A stretch of DNA of 32,000 bases from contig OY970322.1 of NCBI GenBank assembly GCA_963716945.1, positions 450,001 through 482,000 of the forward strand. Reading direction: 5' to 3'. The notes under the pieces are model-generated. The model did not search any database, was not told the DNA's origin, and worked only from the letters and a program-made list of their open reading frames with translations. The number at the start of each line of letters is the position of its first letter. Positions within the stretch are counted from its first letter, which is position 1. The DNA comes from Candidatus Saccharimonadota bacterium. GTDB lineage: Bacteria; Patescibacteriota; Saccharimonadia; Saccharimonadales; UBA4665. Of this stretch, positions 24,551 to 32,000 are shown in pieces. The translations under genes were made by a program, and so were the position numbers.

Positions 24551-25370
24551 ACGCGGCGGCAGCGTGATAAACCCGCTGGCGAAATACCGGATCGGCTTGG
24601 CCGTACTGGCGTTTTTCACCCTGGTAACTTTCGCGGTAGTGCTTGACCAGGCCGGTGCCCACAAGCAGGACCTGAAGACCCAGGAGGCCGCCAATGCTAT
24701 CGCCACCAAGCTGAACAACTACGTTGACGGCCAGGAAAAGGTGCCGCCCTCGCTGGCCGCCGCCGGCATCAAGGACGTGCCGCCATCAATCAGCTACGTC
24801 AAGCAAAGCGCCGATATTTACGACTTCTGCGTGACTTACAAATCTTCCGGCGGCGGTTCCGGCCTGGTTGGCGCCGCCCAAAGTTTCCTGGCGACCGGCA
24901 GCCTGGCCGGCACTGAGTATTCCGGCTACTCGGACCTCGAAATCAACCCGGTTTACCACGCCGGCAAGAATTGCCAGCTGGTCAACACCGAAATCAGCAG
25001 CCTCAACGGCAGCTCGGCATCTACCCAAACCCAGACCCAGACCCAAACCCAGGCCACGCAGACCCCTTACGTCAAGAACAGCGACGGCAGCTACACGGTT
25101 TGCGGTGTTAAGACCAATTACTTCGAGGCCGAAGGCCATATCACCCGGGCCGATACGCCGCCGTCATCGTCAATTTCGTTGAACGCCACGTCCGGGCCGT
25201 TCATCGGCGCCTACCAGCTGGTCCTGATATCGCCGGCTTCGCAGGTTTTTGACGAAAGCTGCGATACGCTACAGCCGGCCGCCCTCCAGGTCGGTGATAC
25301 CGTCGACGTCTTCACCATAACCTCGCCGGACGCCAATGCCGTGTCAATCCTGCTGAAACGCTCGTACTGA
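24540..25370 (+). CDS. N-terminally anchored extracytoplasmic protein with a (TQ)n linker and 4 Cys, unknown family
   Basis: Signal-anchor IGLAVLAFFTLVTFAVVL. STQTQTQTQTQATQT linker between two Cys-containing halves. The start overlaps the upstream gene by 11 nt. Confidence 0.65.
   Translation: MSAKRGGSVINPLAKYRIGLAVLAFFTLVTFAVVLDQAGAHKQDLKTQEAANAIATKLNNYVDGQEKVPPSLAAAGIKDVPPSISYVKQSADIYDFCVTYKSSGGGSGLVGAAQSFLATGSLAGTEYSGYSDLEINPVYHAGKNCQLVNTEISSLNGSSASTQTQTQTQTQATQTPYVKNSDGSYTVCGVKTNYFEAEGHITRADTPPSSSISLNATSGPFIGAYQLVLISPASQVFDESCDTLQPAALQVGDTVDVFTITSPDANAVSILLKRSY
25023..25064 (+). repeat. In-frame hexanucleotide repeat: five ACC-CAR units plus a degenerate tail
   Basis: ACCCAAACCCAGACCCAGACCCAAACCCAG GCCACGCAGACC, read directly. 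Confidence 0.9.
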
Positions 25371-25383
25371 CAGGGCAGGCTGC

Positions 25384-25389
25384 TATACT
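25384..25389 (+). promoter_or_regulatory. -10 box TATACT, 7 nt upstream of the ATG at 25397
   Basis: Read directly. Confidence 0.35.
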
Positions 25390-25396
25390 GGCAGTA

Positions 25397-26185
25397 ATGG
25401 CATACACGAGACCGCGGTCGCCGGCTTACGAGCCGGGCCAGACCGGCGTTTACAAAGTTTCACGCTCCAAGATCGAGCTGTTCATGCAGTGTCCGCGCTG
25501 TTTCTGGCTGGACGGCCGCTTGAAGATCGCGCGGCCCAGCGGCCCGCCGTTTAACATCAACAAAACCATCGACGAACTATTCAAAAAAGAATTCGACGCC
25601 TACCGCGCCCAGGGCAAACCGCACCCCCTGATGACCGACAACCAGATCAAAGCCGTGCCTTACGCCCACCAGGACCTCGACACCTGGCGCTACAATTTCA
25701 CCGGCATTACGGCTTTGCATAAGCCGACCAACCTCCATGTTTTCGGGGCCGTAGATGACATTTGGGTTAATGATGACGGTGAACTGATCGTCGTCGACTA
25801 CAAGGCCACCTCCAAAAAAACCGAGGTCGGCATCGACTCCGATTGGCAAATGAGTTATAAACGCCAGCTCGAAGTTTACCAGTGGCTGCTCCGCCAAAAC
25901 GGCTTCAAGGTTAACAACACCGGTTACTTCGTTTACACTAATGCCAGCCTCGAGCCGGAAAGTTTCGGCGACAAGCTGGAATTCAAGACAAAAGTCATTC
26001 CTTACACCGGCAGCGACAGCTGGGTCGAGCCGGCTTTGGCCAAGATGAAAGCTTGTTTGGAAGGCGGCATGCCGCCGGTCGGTGAGGCTGCCATGGGCGG
26101 ACCTTGCGATTTCTGCACCTACGCCCGCGCCCGGACGGAGCTGACCCTCCAAGAACTGCAGACTAAAACCTCAAAGAAGAAGTAG
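25397..26185 (+). CDS. PD-(D/E)XK nuclease superfamily protein (Cas4/RecB-like) with 4 Cys
   Basis: FGAVDDIW..ELIVVDYKATS (D...D/E-x-K), QLEVYQWLL (QxxxY), N-terminal CPRC and C-terminal CDFC. Confidence 0.75.
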   Translation: MAYTRPRSPAYEPGQTGVYKVSRSKIELFMQCPRCFWLDGRLKIARPSGPPFNINKTIDELFKKEFDAYRAQGKPHPLMTDNQIKAVPYAHQDLDTWRYNFTGITALHKPTNLHVFGAVDDIWVNDDGELIVVDYKATSKKTEVGIDSDWQMSYKRQLEVYQWLLRQNGFKVNNTGYFVYTNASLEPESFGDKLEFKTKVIPYTGSDSWVEPALAKMKACLEGGMPPVGEAAMGGPCDFCTYARARTELTLQELQTKTSKKK

Positions 26186-26208
26186 CCGTCCCGCCCGGGA
26201 TTCTACGC

Positions 26209-26214
26209 TATAAT
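26209..26214 (+). promoter_or_regulatory. -10 box TATAAT, 6 nt upstream of the serS ATG
   Basis: Read directly. No SD is present. Confidence 0.4.
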
Positions 26215-26220
26215 AACCAC

Positions 26221-27519
26221 ATGCTAGATATTCAATTTATCCGCGACAATCCTGAAATCGTGGCCGAGAAGTCGCGCCAGAAAGGCTACGACGTCGACAT
26301 CCGGCAATTGCTCGGCTTCGACGTCGAACGGCGGCTGCTGATGCAGCAGACCGAAGATTTGCGCCGCCGACGCAACGAACTCGGCGCCCAGACCAAGGGC
26401 CGGAAGCCGGACGACGAACAGGTCGCCGCCGGGCGCGAGCTCAAGGACCGGCTGGCCGATCTGGAACACCGGCTGGCGGCCATCGACAAGGAATTCCAGG
26501 CGCTGCTCAAGAAAGTCCCGAACATGCCGGTCGACGACGTGCCGGTCGGCGCTACCGAACAGGACAACGTCGTTATCAAGCAGGTCGGCGACAAGCCGCA
26601 GTTCGATTTCGAACCCAAGCAGCACCACCAGCTGGCCGAGCCGCCCGGCTGGATCGACAAGGAGCGGGCCGCCAAGATCGCTGGCAGCCGTTTCGCCTAC
26701 CTCAAGGGCGACCTGGTGCGCCTGCAATTCGCCATCGTCCAGTACGTCATGCGGACGCTCGGCGACGAACGGATTATCAAGCAGATCATAGACGGCAATA
26801 ACTTAAACTTATCAGCCAAACCGTTTACGCCGATCCTGCCGCCGTTGATGCTCAGGACCGAACCGTACGTCGCCAGCGACCGCCTCAACGCCGAGGAAAT
26901 GACCTACAAACTGGAGCAGGACGACCTCTGGCTCAATGCCAGCGCCGAACACACCCTGTGTACCATGTACTGGAACGAAATCCTGCCCGAAGAAGAGCTG
27001 CCGATCCGCTACATCGGCTACGGCACGTCGTTCCGGCGCGAGGCCGGCACCTACGGCAAGGACACCGAAGGTATTTTCCGGATGCACCAGTTCGACAAAC
27101 TCGAAATGGAAGTTTTCAGCACCCCTGAGACCGGCCTCCAGGAGCACCTGCTGCTGGTCGCCATCCAGGAATACCTGGTCCAACAGCTCGGCCTGCCGTA
27201 CCAGCTTATCCAGAAGTGTACCGCCGACATCGGCAAGCCGAACGCCCGCGGCATCGACCTCGACTGCTGGCTGCCGGGCCAGGGCCAGTACCGCGAAACC
27301 CACACCGCCGACTACATGACCGACTACCAGGCCCGCGACCTCAAGATCCGCGTCAAGCGCGGCAGCGGCGCCATCGACCTGGTCCACACCAACGACGCCA
27401 CGGCGTTCGCCCTCGGCCGTACTCTGATTGCCATTATGGAAAACTACCAGACGGCCGACGGCGGCCTCAACATCCCCGAAGTCCTCAAGCCGTTTATGGC
27501 CGTGCCGGGCAACGGCTAG
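26221..27519 (+). CDS. serS: Seryl-tRNA synthetase
   Basis: N-terminal coiled-coil arm and class II motif 2 FRREAGTYGKDTEGIFRMHQFDKLE. Confidence 0.96.
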   Translation: MLDIQFIRDNPEIVAEKSRQKGYDVDIRQLLGFDVERRLLMQQTEDLRRRRNELGAQTKGRKPDDEQVAAGRELKDRLADLEHRLAAIDKEFQALLKKVPNMPVDDVPVGATEQDNVVIKQVGDKPQFDFEPKQHHQLAEPPGWIDKERAAKIAGSRFAYLKGDLVRLQFAIVQYVMRTLGDERIIKQIIDGNNLNLSAKPFTPILPPLMLRTEPYVASDRLNAEEMTYKLEQDDLWLNASAEHTLCTMYWNEILPEEELPIRYIGYGTSFRREAGTYGKDTEGIFRMHQFDKLEMEVFSTPETGLQEHLLLVAIQEYLVQQLGLPYQLIQKCTADIGKPNARGIDLDCWLPGQGQYRETHTADYMTDYQARDLKIRVKRGSGAIDLVHTNDATAFALGRTLIAIMENYQTADGGLNIPEVLKPFMAVPGNG

Positions 27520-27548
27520 TAAAAAGCTAAAACACGAGGGAGGCGAGC

Positions 27549-27905
27549 ATGATCCAGAAATTCGAAATCCAAGGTGTCCACGCGGCGGTTGATGACAAAC
27601 TCCGGGCCTACGTGACGAGGAAGATCGGCGGCCTCGACCGCTACATCTCGCGCCACAGCCGGACCAGCGCCCACGCCGAAGTCCACCTCAAAGAGACCAA
27701 GGCCAAGGCGGGCAATAAATGCCGCTGCGAGGTCACGCTCTACCTGCCGCACCAGACAATCATCGTCAAAGAAAGCGCCCTCAACATGTACGCCGCCGTC
27801 GACATCGTCGAGGCCAAGCTCAAGCAGCAGCTCCAGAAGTACAAGGACCTGCACGGCAACGGCAAAACCCACCGCCACCTCTTCGCCCGCTTCCGCCGCC
27901 GCTAA
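27549..27905 (+). CDS. hpf: Ribosome hibernation factor, short HPF/RaiA (S30AE) family
   Basis: ~118 aa with an S30AE-like pattern (..YVTRKIGGLDRY...EVHLKE...EVTLYLP...ESALNMYAAVDIVEAKLKQQLQKYK). SD GAGGGAGG. Confidence 0.85.
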   Translation: MIQKFEIQGVHAAVDDKLRAYVTRKIGGLDRYISRHSRTSAHAEVHLKETKAKAGNKCRCEVTLYLPHQTIIVKESALNMYAAVDIVEAKLKQQLQKYKDLHGNGKTHRHLFARFRRR

Positions 27906-27922
27906 CTGCCACTGAACATTAA

Positions 27923-27951
27923 TTGTTATTACTCAATTTTAATGTTATAAT
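27923..27951 (+). promoter_or_regulatory. Promoter TTGTTA-17-TATAAT ending 6 nt before the ATG at 27958
   Basis: Read directly in a 52-nt AT-rich spacer. No SD is present. Confidence 0.5.
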
Positions 27952-27957
27952 ATAGTA

Positions 27958-28854
27958 ATGACAGGAGTTTTGCTGGACAGGGGCGGTGCCGAGGGCCCGG
28001 CGGTTTACGCCGAGGCCGGTTTGACTTCTATTATCGCCGACCTCGAATTCGATACCGATCGCGTTGCTGCAATGCTGCGTGGCCGCGGCGTCGCGGCAGC
28101 CGACATCGACGCTACCCGGTTTAATTTTGCCGGCGTACATCCGAGTGATGACTTGGATGCCGCCCTGAGCGACCCTGATTCCAAAGTTAATTTTGGCGGT
28201 TACAACCACGGGGCCAGAACACTTACGACTTTCGTTGAAACGCATACTCGCGTCGCCTCTGTGGCAGCCGACCAGACAGTCAGCGAATTAGTAGCAGAAC
28301 GGGCCGCCGCCGGCGGCATTACCGCCTCCGAATTTATAGCCGCCCCCAAAATGGCCGCCTCGCTGGACGACTACAAAAACCTCGTCATGCACAACAGCGT
28401 GAATTACATGATTAACCGGACGTTTGCGCACGAAGTCGACCACCTGGTCGAATTCAATACTTTAAGCGAAGCCGAACTCATGGCGAAGCGGATAGAGTAC
28501 CGCAACCAGCTTTTCCGTCACAACCAAAGAAGGGCCCTCGGCTTAATAGCCGCCGCCTTCGCGGGTCTGGCGGTACCCGTGTTCGAGGCTTACGAAAAAG
28601 TCGACCCGGAAATAGTGAAGCTGACCACCATTCCCGCCTTGGCGGCCGGACTGGTCTGTACGTTCCTGGCCATGCGGTCTTCGGAAAGACGCTATTACTC
28701 GCCGTTAACCCACAAGGAATACCTAAATAGTCCGTGGGAGGCCGAAGCCGAGACTTTCGCCGCCCAGCAGGTAGCCGAAATCGCGGACGATACCGATCCG
28801 GCCGGTTATCCTTTGGTCCTGCGTTGCAAGCCCCAGCCGTTCCGGCTTGTTTAA
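27958..28854 (+). CDS. Hypothetical protein with an HExxH motif followed by a two-helix hydrophobic hairpin (candidate membrane-associated zincin)
   Basis: 298-aa ORF. TFAH(158)EVDH(162)LVEF, then hydrophobic helices ALGLIAAAFAGLAVPVF and LTTIPALAAGLVCTFLAM. Confidence 0.6.
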   Translation: MTGVLLDRGGAEGPAVYAEAGLTSIIADLEFDTDRVAAMLRGRGVAAADIDATRFNFAGVHPSDDLDAALSDPDSKVNFGGYNHGARTLTTFVETHTRVASVAADQTVSELVAERAAAGGITASEFIAAPKMAASLDDYKNLVMHNSVNYMINRTFAHEVDHLVEFNTLSEAELMAKRIEYRNQLFRHNQRRALGLIAAAFAGLAVPVFEAYEKVDPEIVKLTTIPALAAGLVCTFLAMRSSERRYYSPLTHKEYLNSPWEAEAETFAAQQVAEIADDTDPAGYPLVLRCKPQPFRLV

Positions 28855-28939
28855 ATGTTACTCGCATATAGTCTCGAAAACGGCTATAATTATTGGCATA
28901 ACTTGTTAGTATTTCGTAACCGGGGGTCGAAAAGGCTTA

Positions 28940-31552
<2,613 letters not shown>

Positions 31553-32000
31553 TTGCGCCACACTGTTACGGAAGCCCGCCTTAACAACGGCGCCCGGGGG
31601 CTGCTGATCCATATTCCGCACGCTTCGGTCATGACCGTCGACATTAATTTCCGGGCCGGCGAATACCTGGTCGAGCCTGACAAGTGGGAAGTGCCGCACC
31701 TCATGGAACACGTTTTGCTGGGGGCCAACGAGCTGATTCCGCGGGCCCGCGACTTCCAGGCCGAACTCGAGAAAAACGGCGCTTACAGCAACGCCACGAC
31801 TGGTGTTTACGACATTAATTACGAGGCCGAATGCGCCGACTTCGAGTGGGACCGGGTGCTTGGCTTGCTGCTGGTGGCGATCACCAAGCCGCTGTTTCTC
31901 GAGGAAGAATTCCGGGCCGAGTTCGGCAATGTCCAGGAGGAAATGGCGGCCCGCAGCAACAACCACTTCCGCCGCTTGAGCCTGGAGATGCGCGGGGCTT
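31553..32000 (+). CDS. M16 (pitrilysin/insulinase) family zinc peptidase, 5' fragment running off the window
   Basis: An open frame not in the ORF track because it has no stop in the window. ..LNNGARGLLIH...AGEY.E....EVPHLMEHVLLG (inverted HxxEH) ...YSNATTGVY. Probable TTG start directly after the secA stop. Confidence 0.8.
   Translation, partial: MRHTVTEARLNNGARGLLIHIPHASVMTVDINFRAGEYLVEPDKWEVPHLMEHVLLGANELIPRARDFQAELEKNGAYSNATTGVYDINYEAECADFEWDRVLGLLLVAITKPLFLEEEFRAEFGNVQEEMAARSNNHFRRLSLEMRGA

Noticed and set aside
28423-28449. FAHEVDHLV resembles peptide deformylase motif 3 (QHExDHLxG), and upstream FIAAPK resembles motif 1 (GLAAPQ)
   Set aside because: The essential EGCLS motif 2 (the metal-binding Cys) is absent, and the spacing between the two look-alike motifs (~30 aa) is far shorter than the ~85 aa in deformylases. 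It is treated as a generic HExxH.

Overview
This is a dense bacterial chromosomal window of about 36 protein genes, roughly 60% GC by hand counts. It uses the standard genetic code, with TAA, TAG and TGA all serving as stops. I found no rRNA, tRNA, CRISPR array, transposase, integrase or reverse transcriptase. The backbone is housekeeping. Translation and secretion genes are rpmE-prfA...prmC, rpsB-tsf-frr, proS, greA, lysS, serS, hpf and secA. Cell-envelope and proteolysis genes are an LCP protein, HtrA, an L,D-transpeptidase, SanA, an RseP-like M50 protease, a CPBP protease, a Zincin_1 protein and an M16 peptidase that runs off the 3' edge. The short EF-Ts and short HPF, the absence of pyrH between tsf and frr, the monoderm-type envelope genes and the many lineage-specific ORFans suggest a small-genome lineage such as CPR/Patescibacteria (Saccharibacteria-like); this is inference only. 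The points worth a second look are: (1) an AT-rich module of promoter, Pro-rich mini-ORF and intrinsic terminator directly in front of a 396-aa ORFan plus proS, inside a lower-GC block with atypical codon usage; (2) two apparent ORFan paralogue pairs by hand alignment, 7444/15086 sharing an N-terminal domain and 18677/27958 sharing a C-terminal 'FAH-motif + helical hairpin' module, with HExxH intact in only one member; (3) a possible TraB/GumN/Tiki-like gene inserted antisense between prfA and prmC; (4) a recurrent -10 hexamer 5-8 nt upstream of start codons, implying widespread leaderless mRNAs; (5) a heavily structured 219-nt convergent intergenic region. No recognisable multi-gene defence or mobile system is visible. 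All family calls rest on motifs read by eye, and no database search was possible.
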